Source: a bacterium (lineage in GTDB: Bacteria; Hydrothermota; Tepidihabitantia; Tepidihabitantales; Tepidihabitantaceae). Taken from it: a DNA stretch of 17,441 bases. Below, piece after piece: positions 6,934-14,846 of this stretch. Made by a program: the position numbers and the translations under genes. Below the pieces are notes generated by a model that had not been told where the DNA came from, did not search any database, and was given only the letters and a program-made list of their open reading frames with translations. The stretch lies in contig JAWOHE010000066.1 of the NCBI GenBank assembly GCA_046485285.1, positions 1 to 17,441 of the forward strand. Reading direction: 5' to 3'. Numbering within the stretch: position 1 is the first letter of the stretch; each line of letters starts with the position of its first letter.

Positions 6934-7928
6934 GAGTCCTCCCGCTTAGGGTTCCGGCTGAACAGCCGGCGCAGGGACCGGCGGGCGTCGCCGCCGCGGT
7001 GGAGGATGGCGTCGACTTCCTGCGCGATCGGGAGCTCGACGCCGGCCCGGGCGGCGAGCGCGAGCGCGGAGCCGACCGTGACCGCGCCCTCGGCGATGCC
7101 GTTGAGCCGCGCGGTGGCCTCGGCGAGGCTGAGGCCGGTGCCGATGAGCCGGCCGAGCGTGTGGTTGCGCGAGTTCTCGGAGAAGGCGGTAACGACTAGG
7201 TCGCCGACGCCGGCAAGGCCGGAGAAGGTCAACGGGTTGGCATTCTGGCTGATGCCGAGCCGGGTCATCTCAGCCAGCCCGCGGCTGAGCAGGGCGGCCC
7301 GGGCGTTGATGCCGAGGCCGAGGCCGTCGGCGACGCCGGCGGCGATCGCGATGACGTTCTTGAGCGCGGCGGCGATCTCGACCCCGGCGACGTCGCGCGA
7401 CGAGTAGACCCGAAGGTTGCCGGCCGTGAAGTCGTCGCGGACCGCGTCGGCCGCGGCGTCATCCTCCGAGGCGGCGACGAGGGTGGTCGGGTCGCCGAGC
7501 GCGAAGTCCCAGGGTATGCCCGGGCCGGCGAGAACCACGACCGGCAGGCCGGGCAGCGCCTCGGCAAGGACCAGCGACAGCCGGCGCAGGGTGGCCGGGT
7601 CGATACCCTTGGTGACCGTCACGATCGTCCGCACCGGGCGCGGCAGCGTCCCGCGCAGGTCCCGGGCGATTTCGGCCAGCGCGGCGGAAGGCACCGCGAA
7701 GACCAGCGTCCCGACTTCGGCCATCGCCTCGGCCGCGGTTGGGCAGAGCCGGAGCGGCGGGCCGACCTCGCAGGACTCGGGCAGATCGGGGTGGCGCCGG
7801 CTGGCGCGGAGCCGCTCGAGGGACGTTCGGTTCGGCTCCCAGAGCAGACAAGTGCGACCCGCGCGGGCGAAGTTGAGGGCGAGCGCCAGCGCCCAGCGGC
7901 CCGCGCCGACGAAGGCGATGTCGTTCAC
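6927..7928 (-). CDS. gpsA: NAD(P)H-dependent glycerol-3-phosphate dehydrogenase
   Basis: GAGRWA Rossmann loop, TKGID, LKNVIAIAAG, GVGDLVVT..SRN, EG; start GTG 7928 with GGAGG SD and GTGA overlap with plsY stop. Confidence 0.92.
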   Translation of the reverse strand: MNDIAFVGAGRWALALALNFARAGRTCLLWEPNRTSLERLRASRRHPDLPESCEVGPPLRLCPTAAEAMAEVGTLVFAVPSAALAEIARDLRGTLPRPVRTIVTVTKGIDPATLRRLSLVLAEALPGLPVVVLAGPGIPWDFALGDPTTLVAASEDDAAADAVRDDFTAGNLRVYSSRDVAGVEIAAALKNVIAIAAGVADGLGLGINARAALLSRGLAEMTRLGISQNANPLTFSGLAGVGDLVVTAFSENSRNHTLGRLIGTGLSLAEATARLNGIAEGAVTVGSALALAARAGVELPIAQEVDAILHRGGDARRSLRRLFSRNPKREDSW

Positions 7929-8539
7929 CGCGTCCTCCGGAAGAGCCTGAGCCACAGCCCGAAGCGCGGCTCCACGCCGCGCATCAGCCGGTTGAGGTTG
8001 GCGGCGTGACGGACGATGATAATGACGCCCATCAGCGCGCCGGCGACCAGCCGGACGACGTCACCGCGATAGAGCATCGCGGTCAGCGGGGCGATGATGG
8101 CGGCAAACAGCAGCGACCCGACCGAGATGAACCCGGTAGTGACCAGCGCCAGCGTGTAGCCGCTGAGCCCGGCGAGCGCGACCCGCGGGCTCAGTGCCGC
8201 CAGGACGCCGATGGTTGTTGCGACGCCCTTGCCGCCGCGGAAACCGAGCCAGGGTGTGAAGACGTGGCCGACGACCGCGCCGAGGCCGGCGGCCGCCGGG
8301 ACGAGCCCGAACTGCCTCGCCAGCAGGACCGGCAGCAGGCCCTTGAGGACGTCGATGATGAGCACCGGGACGGCCCAGGCCGCACCGACGGTTCGGTAGA
8401 CATTGGTGAAGCCGATGTTGCGCGAGCCGAGCCGGCGGATGTCAAGGCCCTTGATCCGGCCGGCGAAGTAGCCGGTCGGGAACGAGCCGGCGAGCAGCCC
8501 GATGGCGGCCGCGGCGCAGGCGCTGACGACCGGGTTCAC
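7925..8539 (-). CDS. plsY: Glycerol-3-phosphate acyltransferase PlsY
   Basis: GSFPTG, DIRRLGSRNIGFTNVYR, DVLKG, GHVFTPWLGFRGGKGVAT, RHAANLNRL..G.E; multiple TM helices. Confidence 0.95.
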   Translation of the reverse strand: MNPVVSACAAAAIGLLAGSFPTGYFAGRIKGLDIRRLGSRNIGFTNVYRTVGAAWAVPVLIIDVLKGLLPVLLARQFGLVPAAAGLGAVVGHVFTPWLGFRGGKGVATTIGVLAALSPRVALAGLSGYTLALVTTGFISVGSLLFAAIIAPLTAMLYRGDVVRLVAGALMGVIIIVRHAANLNRLMRGVEPRFGLWLRLFRRTR

Positions 8540-8619
8540 GCTACCGCCCGGGGTCGGCGGGGGTCGTTCGAGCCTGTCTGAGAGACCACATCACAGCGAG
8601 AAGTCCAGTCCAGCAGGTC

Positions 8620-8647
8620 AGGATAGTCTGCGGCCGGGTGATGTCAA
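8620..8647 (-). promoter_or_regulatory. sigma70-type promoter of plsY-gpsA-merR
   Basis: Minus strand TTGACA (8647-8642), 16 bp, TATCCT (8625-8620). Confidence 0.7.
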
Positions 8648-8657
8648 ACGCGCGGGG

Positions 8658-8685
8658 TTGACTTGGCGCCTGCCGGCGGTAATTT
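8658..8685 (+). promoter_or_regulatory. sigma70-type promoter, back-to-back with plsY promoter; probably leaderless
   Basis: TTGACT (8658-8663), 16 bp, TAATTT (8680-8685), ATG 7 nt downstream at 8693. Confidence 0.7.
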
Positions 8686-8692
8686 CGTTCTG

Positions 8693-9472
8693 ATGAGTCC
8701 TGCCCCTGTCAGCGGCCCGGGCGGAGCGCCACCTGAGAAACTGGTTTTCCGGCCCGACAGCCGGAAGCAGGCCCGGGTGACCGCGGCCCGGCGGCTGTTG
8801 CTGATTGCCGCGCTGGTAATCGTCGGAGCGGCGATCGTGTTCGTGAGCCGGTATCGCCCGCCCGTGCCGGTCCTTCCCGAGACCGCGCCGGCGGTCGCAC
8901 ACGGCGATACCGGTGTGGCCACTGTTCCTTCGCCGCCGTTCGGACTCCCGGCGCCGGCCGCGACGGACGAAGCCGGACCGCTGGTGCGCGGGGTCCAGGT
9001 CGGGATAGCGGCGGTGCAGGGGTTCTGGAGCCGGGCGGAGCAGCTCCGGCCCCGACTCCCGCTTGATTCGGCCGAGCTGCCGAAAGCGGTCAATGACCTG
9101 CGGTCAGTCTCGTCTTTGCTAGACAGCGCGGGGTCGGTCCTTGCCCGGCTGCGGCAGGCATCCGGGGAAATCGTTGGCATCGCCCGGCGCCTCGAGGCCC
9201 GGCGCAGCTACGAGGCCAGCCGCTACAAGGCGGCGCTGGACGACGCACTGGCGCTGCTCGACGCCCAGCAGGCCGACCTGCGGCTCGCGTCCGAGAATCT
9301 GCTGCTGGTGGCGACCGCGGTCGCGGGCGGGAACGCCGCCGAGGCGGAAATCAAGTCCAATGTCGCCGGGAGCTACGAGGTACGCCTCGGGAAGCGCGCC
9401 GGCCAGATCAAGGACAAGATCGGGGCGCTGGAGGACGCGGCCCGCCGGTTCCTCGCGCCCGCCGCCAGATGA
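8693..9472 (+). CDS. Hypothetical membrane-anchored protein with alpha-helical/coiled-coil soluble domain
   Basis: TM segment RRLLLIAALVIVGAAIVFV, Pro-rich linker, Ala/Leu-rich helical C-terminus; start at ATG 8693 rather than TTG 8663, which is inside the promoter. Confidence 0.75.
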   Translation: MSPAPVSGPGGAPPEKLVFRPDSRKQARVTAARRLLLIAALVIVGAAIVFVSRYRPPVPVLPETAPAVAHGDTGVATVPSPPFGLPAPAATDEAGPLVRGVQVGIAAVQGFWSRAEQLRPRLPLDSAELPKAVNDLRSVSSLLDSAGSVLARLRQASGEIVGIARRLEARRSYEASRYKAALDDALALLDAQQADLRLASENLLLVATAVAGGNAAEAEIKSNVAGSYEVRLGKRAGQIKDKIGALEDAARRFLAPAAR

Positions 9473-10194
9473 GCAGGTCAATGGCACTCCTGAGGCACGT
9501 CGTCGCGACTTTGGCGGCCGCGGGCCTGCTCGCGACCGCCGGGTGTCCGGGCGAGACAGCGGTTCGCGGGACGCTCACGCTCGAGCCGGGTTACATCGGC
9601 GACATCCGGGGCAGCAACGTCCAGCTTCACACGACGGCCGACCTTAGCGACGAGCCGGTTGCCGCGGCGGTGTCACGCTCAGGCGCCGACCAGCGCCGGT
9701 CGGAGTTTGAGCTTGTCGGGATGCCGGCCGGCAGCTACTACCTGCTCGCCTGGCGCGACGTTGACGGCGACGGGCGGCTCGGCGACCGCGACATCGCCGG
9801 GGTCGGCGGCGGAACCTACCGGCCCGGGTACGGCGGGGGGCCGATCCAGGTCTATGAAGGCGCGGGTACCGTCGGCATTGGCGTGAACATGCGGACGTGG
9901 CGGGACCCGGTCGACACTGCCCACGCCCGGCGGAGCGGCGGGCTTGATACCACCGAGTTCAGCTTCGTCTTCAACTATGACCTGGTGCTGACGTCCCTGA
10001 CGATCCACTTCCCCGGGCTGGGTACGCTCGCCGACCCGGATGCGCCCGGTCCGAAGTCGCGCGGCGTCACGTATCTCTCGGGCGGCTGGACGCGCGGCGG
10101 CCGCGAGATGCCGGCCGGGCGTCACATCGTCTACCTTGCCGGCCGGCTGGAGAGTGACACGTTCAGGCTGTCGGTCCCGGTCGAAGTCCGCTGA
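9469..10194 (+). CDS. Putative lipoprotein with beta-sandwich domains and Dx[DN]xDG Ca-binding loop
   Basis: Signal peptide with lipobox-like LATAG-C; PAGSYYLLAWRDVDGDGRLGDRD; ATGA overlap with upstream gene. Confidence 0.78.
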   Translation: MSRSMALLRHVVATLAAAGLLATAGCPGETAVRGTLTLEPGYIGDIRGSNVQLHTTADLSDEPVAAAVSRSGADQRRSEFELVGMPAGSYYLLAWRDVDGDGRLGDRDIAGVGGGTYRPGYGGGPIQVYEGAGTVGIGVNMRTWRDPVDTAHARRSGGLDTTEFSFVFNYDLVLTSLTIHFPGLGTLADPDAPGPKSRGVTYLSGGWTRGGREMPAGRHIVYLAGRLESDTFRLSVPVEVR

Positions 10195-10212
10195 CCATCC
10201 CGGTCCGGGCGC

Positions 10213-10240
10213 TTGACAGCAGGGGCGGCAGTCCTATCAT
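10213..10240 (+). promoter_or_regulatory. sigma70-type promoter of apgM operon; probably leaderless
   Basis: TTGACA (10213-10218), 16 bp, TATCAT (10235-10240), GTG 7 nt downstream, no SD. Confidence 0.78.
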
Positions 10241-10247
10241 CATTCCA

Positions 10248-11450
10248 GTGGACCTGATTGCCTCGCTCGCCCAGCCCGCCGGCAGCAGGATCCTCCTTGT
10301 GGTCCTGGACGGCCTTGGCGGTGTGCCACGCGGCAGCAGGACCGAGCTCGAAGCGGCCTGGATACCCAACCTGGACCGCCTGGCGGCGAGGTCGTCACTC
10401 GGTCTGACCATCCCGGTCGAGTACGGCGTGACGCCCGGTTCCGGACCTGCGCACCTCGCCCTGTTCGGCTACGACCCGCTCGAGTGGAGCGTCGGGCGCG
10501 GCGTCATCGAGGCACTCGGGGTCGGTGTGGCGGTCGGGCCAGGTGACCTCTGCGCGCGCGCCAACTTCGCGACCCTGGCCGCGGACGGAACGGTCGCCGA
10601 CCGTCGGGCCGGCCGCCTCGCCACCGACCGGTCGGCGAAGCTCTGTGCGCTCCTGCAGGAGCGGATCCCGTCTGTCGATGATTGCGAGGTCATCGTCCGG
10701 CCGGGCCGAGAGCACCGATTTGCGGTCGTCTTCCGCGGACCGGGGCTGGCGGGTGAGCTCACCGAGTCCGATCCCCAACACGTCGGCGTCCCGCCGCTGG
10801 CGGTCAAGCCCCTCGCGCCGGACGCCGCGCGGGCGGCCGCGGTCGCCAACGAGTTCCTGCGCCGGGCGGCCGAGGTCCTGCGCGAAAGCAGCCCGGCGAA
10901 CCTCGTGCTGCTGCGCGGGCTGTCCCGGCTGCCGCGCATCCCGTCGTTCGGCGAGCGGCTCAAGCTCCGGGCGGCCTGCGTCGCGGCATACCCGATGTAC
11001 CGGGGTCTGGCCGGGCTGGTCGGGATGGACATCCTCGAGGCTGGCGAGACCTGGGCCGACCAGCTCGAGGCGGTTCGCGGCCATCTTGCCGGCTATGATT
11101 TCTTCTATCTTCACTTCAAGGAAACCGACAAGGCGGGCGAGGATGGCGACTTCGACGCCAAGGTCGAGTTGATCGAGCGGTTCGACGAGGAGGTCGTCCC
11201 GCAGCTGGCCGAGTTCAAGTTTGACGTGCTCTGCATCACCGGCGACCACTCGACGCCGGCGGTGATGGGCCGCCACTCTTGGCACACCGTGCCGCTGCTC
11301 CTGCACTCGAAGTACGTCCGGCCGCAGGTCAACATCGAGGAATTCGGCGAGCGGGCCTGCGTGCGGGGCAACATCGGCTACATCCGGGCGAAGTACGTGA
11401 TGAACCTGCTGATGGCCCATGCCGACCGACTCGCCAAGTATGGCGCCTGA
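10248..11450 (+). CDS. apgM: 2,3-bisphosphoglycerate-independent phosphoglycerate mutase, ApgM (archaeal-type) family
   Basis: VLDGLGG, TELEAA.IPNLDRLA, TPGSGPAHLALFGYDP, GRGVIEALG, DKAGEDG, TGDHSTP, HSWHTVP. Confidence 0.93.
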   Translation: MDLIASLAQPAGSRILLVVLDGLGGVPRGSRTELEAAWIPNLDRLAARSSLGLTIPVEYGVTPGSGPAHLALFGYDPLEWSVGRGVIEALGVGVAVGPGDLCARANFATLAADGTVADRRAGRLATDRSAKLCALLQERIPSVDDCEVIVRPGREHRFAVVFRGPGLAGELTESDPQHVGVPPLAVKPLAPDAARAAAVANEFLRRAAEVLRESSPANLVLLRGLSRLPRIPSFGERLKLRAACVAAYPMYRGLAGLVGMDILEAGETWADQLEAVRGHLAGYDFFYLHFKETDKAGEDGDFDAKVELIERFDEEVVPQLAEFKFDVLCITGDHSTPAVMGRHSWHTVPLLLHSKYVRPQVNIEEFGERACVRGNIGYIRAKYVMNLLMAHADRLAKYGA

Positions 11451-12003
11451 AAATCACTACGCGGTCCTCTCGGTCTGGGACAAGCGGGGCATCGAGGGCA
11501 TGGGCCGCGCGCTCGTTGACTCCGGCCACCGCCTGCTCTCGACCTCTAAAACCGCGGCCGCGCTCAGGGCCGCCGGGCTGACGGTCATTGAGATATCCGA
11601 CTGGACCGGGGCGCCGGAGATTCTGGGCGGACGGGTCAAGACGATCCACCCGCGCATCGCTGCCGGGATACTGAACCAGCGTACCGACCCGGCGGCAGAC
11701 CGTATCGACGTCGTCGTCTGCAACCTCTACCCGTTCGCGGACGGTGTGAGCCGACGGGCGCCCGAGTCCGAGTTGGTCGAACTCATCGACATCGGCGGCG
11801 TCACCCTGCTGCGAGCGGCCGCCAAGAACTTCCATCACGTTGCCGCGGTCCCGGGCGCGGAGTGGTACCCCCGGGTCGTCGAAACCCTGGGCCGCGACGG
11901 AACGGTCGCCCCCGAACTGCGCAGGGAGCTTGCGCTTGCAACCTTTGCCCTGACCAGCAGTTACGACGAGGCAATCGCCCGGGCCCTTCCTATCCGCGGC
12001 TAG
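11440..12003 (+). CDS. purH: Stand-alone IMP cyclohydrolase (N-terminal MGS-like domain of PurH only)
   Basis: LSVWDK.G, GGRVKTIHP.IAAGIL, DVVVCNLYPF, IDIGGVTLLRAAAKNF, SYDEAIA then stop; no AICAR transformylase domain. 187 aa. Confidence 0.87.
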   Translation: MAPENHYAVLSVWDKRGIEGMGRALVDSGHRLLSTSKTAAALRAAGLTVIEISDWTGAPEILGGRVKTIHPRIAAGILNQRTDPAADRIDVVVCNLYPFADGVSRRAPESELVELIDIGGVTLLRAAAKNFHHVAAVPGAEWYPRVVETLGRDGTVAPELRRELALATFALTSSYDEAIARALPIRG

Positions 12004-12032
12004 CGCCACCCTGTCCGACGCTCCGTGAGACA

Positions 12033-12060
12033 TTGACAATCATGCGATTGTGTGTATACT
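12033..12060 (+). promoter_or_regulatory. sigma70-type promoter of buk-iorAB with overlapping palindromic operator candidate; probably leaderless
   Basis: TTGACA (12033-38), 16 bp, TATACT (12055-60), ATG 7 nt downstream; ACAATC-atgc-GATTGT at 12036-12051. Confidence 0.82.
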
Positions 12061-12067
12061 CGTCAGA

Positions 12068-13156
12068 ATGTTCATCCTTGCCATCAATCCTGGTGGCGGC
12101 TCCACCAAAGTCGCCGTTTTCAAGAACCGACAGCGTCTGGTCTCCGAAGACATAGTCCACCCGCCGGCCCAGCTCGCGCGCTACAAAATGGTCCTCGACC
12201 AGTATCGCCTCCGCAAGGAGGCGGTGATGGTGGTCCTCGACCGGCACCGGGTCGAGCGCAGCAGGCTTGACGCGATTGTCAGCCGGGGCGGCCCGCTGCT
12301 GCCCCTGCCGGGCGGCGTCTACCGGGTCAGCATCCGGGTCGTCTCCGACATCCGGCGCGGCCGGGTCCAGACGCTTCACCCGTCACTCCTGGGTCCGCTG
12401 GTAGCGCACGAGCTTTCCGAGGACCTGAGCGTCCCGGCGTTCTTCGTCGACCCGGAGTCGACCGACGAGTTCTGGGACGTTGCCCGGGTCTCGGGCCTCA
12501 AGGGCATCGAACGCCGGTCGCTGTCGCACGCGCTCAGCTGCCGGACGGTCGCCAAGGCGGCGGCCCGGAAGCTCGGCAAGCCGTACGCGAAGTGCAATTT
12601 CGTGGTCGTCCACCTCGGCACCGGCTTTACCGTCGCCGCGCACGTGCGCGGCCGCCAGGTCGACGCCAGCAACGCCAATGCCGAGGGTCCGTTCTCGCCC
12701 CAGCGGGCCGGGACGCTGCCCTCGCCGGCACTGGTCCGGCTCTGTTTCTCCGGCCGCTACTCGGAGTACGAGATTCTCGACCTGCTCCAGCGCAAGGGCG
12801 GCCTGTACTCGTACTTCGGAACCGACGACGTGCCGGCCATCGAGGCCCTCGTCGCCAAGCGCAACCCGCAGGCGGTGCTGGTCTATGAGGCGATGATCTA
12901 CCAGATCGCCAAGGAGATCGGCGCCCAGGTGGCGGTCTGCCGCGGCGCGGTGGACGCCATCGTGCTGACCGGCGGGCTTGCCCGCTCGCGCCGGCTCATC
13001 ACCACGCTGAAGGGCTGGGTCAAGGGTCTCTGCCCGAGAATGCTCGTCTTCCCGGGCGAGGAGGAGATGGCGGCCCTGGCCGAGCGGATGCTCGCGGTGC
13101 TGAAGGGCGAGGAGCGGGTCCGGAGCTATGAACAGGAAGCTGCTGTCAGGGGATGA
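12068..13156 (+). CDS. buk: Butyrate/branched-chain carboxylate kinase family protein (divergent)
   Basis: ILAINPG..STKVAVF, DAIVSRGG.L.P.PGGVY, HAL, VVHLG, EGPFSP.RAG.LP, YQIAKEIG, AIVLTGG, PGEEEMAAL. Start ATG 12068. Confidence 0.9.
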   Translation: MFILAINPGGGSTKVAVFKNRQRLVSEDIVHPPAQLARYKMVLDQYRLRKEAVMVVLDRHRVERSRLDAIVSRGGPLLPLPGGVYRVSIRVVSDIRRGRVQTLHPSLLGPLVAHELSEDLSVPAFFVDPESTDEFWDVARVSGLKGIERRSLSHALSCRTVAKAAARKLGKPYAKCNFVVVHLGTGFTVAAHVRGRQVDASNANAEGPFSPQRAGTLPSPALVRLCFSGRYSEYEILDLLQRKGGLYSYFGTDDVPAIEALVAKRNPQAVLVYEAMIYQIAKEIGAQVAVCRGAVDAIVLTGGLARSRRLITTLKGWVKGLCPRMLVFPGEEEMAALAERMLAVLKGEERVRSYEQEAAVRG

Positions 13157-14846
13157 GGCCGTTGCCCGGGGGGCGTGGGAGGCCGGCTGCCACGTTGCCG
13201 CGGCCTACCCCGGCACACCCTCGACCGAGATACTCGAGAACCTGGCCGGCTACCCCGAGGTTTACTGCGAGTGGTCGGTCAATGAGAAGGTAGCGCTCGA
13301 GGTCGCGCTCGGGGCGTCGATCGCCGGCGCCCGGGCGCTTGCGGCGATGAAGCACGTCGGGCTTAACGTCGCCGCCGACCCGCTCTTCTCCGCGGCCTAC
13401 GTCGGCGCCAACGGCGGGCTGGTCATCATCACCGCCGACGACCCCGGCCTGCACTCCTCGCAGAACGAGCAGGACAACCGCTACTACGGCCTCGCCGCAA
13501 AGATTCCCGTGCTCTGCCCGGCCGACAGCCAGGAGGCACTCGACTTCACCCGGCTCGCCTTCGATATCTCCGAGCAGCACGACATCCCGGTGCTGGTGAG
13601 GCTTACCACCCGGGTGGCCCACTCGAATTCGATCGTCGAGCTCGGTACCCGCTCCGAGCGGGCGGTCAAGGGCTACGAGAAGCAGCCGGCCAAGACGATA
13701 ATCCTCCCGGCGTTCGCCCGGGTGCGGCACATCGACCTCGAGCGGCGCATTGACCGCCTGCGTGAGTACTCAGAGAAGACCCCGCTCAACCGCATCGAGC
13801 CCGGCGAGCCGGAGCTCGGGGTCATCTGCGACGGCGTTGCCTACCAGTACGCCCGCGAGGTTTTCCCGAAGGCATCGTTCCTCAAGCTCGGGATGGTTCA
13901 TCCCTTCCCGGCCGGGCTGGTCACCCGCTTCGCCGAGGGGGTCAGCAAGCTCGTGGTTGTCGAGGAGGTTGACCCGTTCATCGAGCTCCAGGTCAGGGCG
14001 CTCGGGCTCAAGGTCACCGGCAAGGACCGCCTGCCCCGCTGGCACGAGCTCAGCCCGGCGGTCGTCCGGCACTCGCTCGCCGGCACCGAGTCAAAGGTCG
14101 AACCGGAGCCGGACCTGCCGAACCGGCCACCGGCGCTCTGTCCCGGCTGCCCGCACACCGGGATGTTCTTCGCACTCCAGAAGCGCGAGGTCATCATTGC
14201 CGGCGACATCGGCTGCTACACCCTCGGCGCGCTGCCGCCCCACAGCGCGATGGACACCTGCATCGACATGGGCGCCTCGATAACCGTCGCCCACGGGGCC
14301 GACAAGGCACTCGGCAGTACCGACGGCCGCCGTCGGGTCGCCATCATCGGGGACTCGACATTCTTCCATTCCGGCATCACCGGGCTCATCAATACGGTCT
14401 ACAACGGCGGCGACGTCGTGACGATCGTTTCGGACAACAGCACGACCGGGATGACCGGCCACCAGGACCACCCGGGCACAGGCCGGACGCTCGCCGGCGG
14501 GCAGGTCCGGCCGGTCGACATCGCCGGGCTCGCCCGGGCCTGCGGCGTCGAACGGGTCGAGGAGCTCGACCCCTACGCGGTGCGCGAGACCCGTCGCCGG
14601 ATGCGCGAGATTCTCAACCGCCCGGGCCCGGCGGTCGTGGTGTCAAAGCGGCCCTGCGCCCTGCTCGTGCGCCTGCGCGAGCGGCCGCGCAAGGTCGACC
14701 GGGAGAAGTGTGTCGCCTGCCGCACCTGCATCAGGCTCGGCTGCCCGGCGCTGACGATGCGCGACGGCAAGTCCGACATCGCCGAGTCGGTCTGCGTCGG
14801 CTGCGGGATGTGCGCGGACGTCTGCCCGAAGGGCGCGATTTCGTGA
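13128..14846 (+). CDS. iorA: Indolepyruvate:ferredoxin oxidoreductase alpha subunit
   Basis: YPGTPSTEI, NEKVALE, MKHVGLNVAADP, SSQNEQDNR, CPGCPH, GDIGCY, GDSTFFHSG..DN, C-terminal Fe-S motifs CVACRTC...CP and CVGCGMCADVCP. Confidence 0.96.
   Translation: MNRKLLSGDEAVARGAWEAGCHVAAAYPGTPSTEILENLAGYPEVYCEWSVNEKVALEVALGASIAGARALAAMKHVGLNVAADPLFSAAYVGANGGLVIITADDPGLHSSQNEQDNRYYGLAAKIPVLCPADSQEALDFTRLAFDISEQHDIPVLVRLTTRVAHSNSIVELGTRSERAVKGYEKQPAKTIILPAFARVRHIDLERRIDRLREYSEKTPLNRIEPGEPELGVICDGVAYQYAREVFPKASFLKLGMVHPFPAGLVTRFAEGVSKLVVVEEVDPFIELQVRALGLKVTGKDRLPRWHELSPAVVRHSLAGTESKVEPEPDLPNRPPALCPGCPHTGMFFALQKREVIIAGDIGCYTLGALPPHSAMDTCIDMGASITVAHGADKALGSTDGRRRVAIIGDSTFFHSGITGLINTVYNGGDVVTIVSDNSTTGMTGHQDHPGTGRTLAGGQVRPVDIAGLARACGVERVEELDPYAVRETRRRMREILNRPGPAVVVSKRPCALLVRLRERPRKVDREKCVACRTCIRLGCPALTMRDGKSDIAESVCVGCGMCADVCPKGAIS

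Noticed and set aside
12022..12040. Rex/CRP-like box (GTGA..TGAC) upstream of buk
   Set aside because: Half-site spacing is 5 rather than 6 and the right half mismatches the TCAC consensus.
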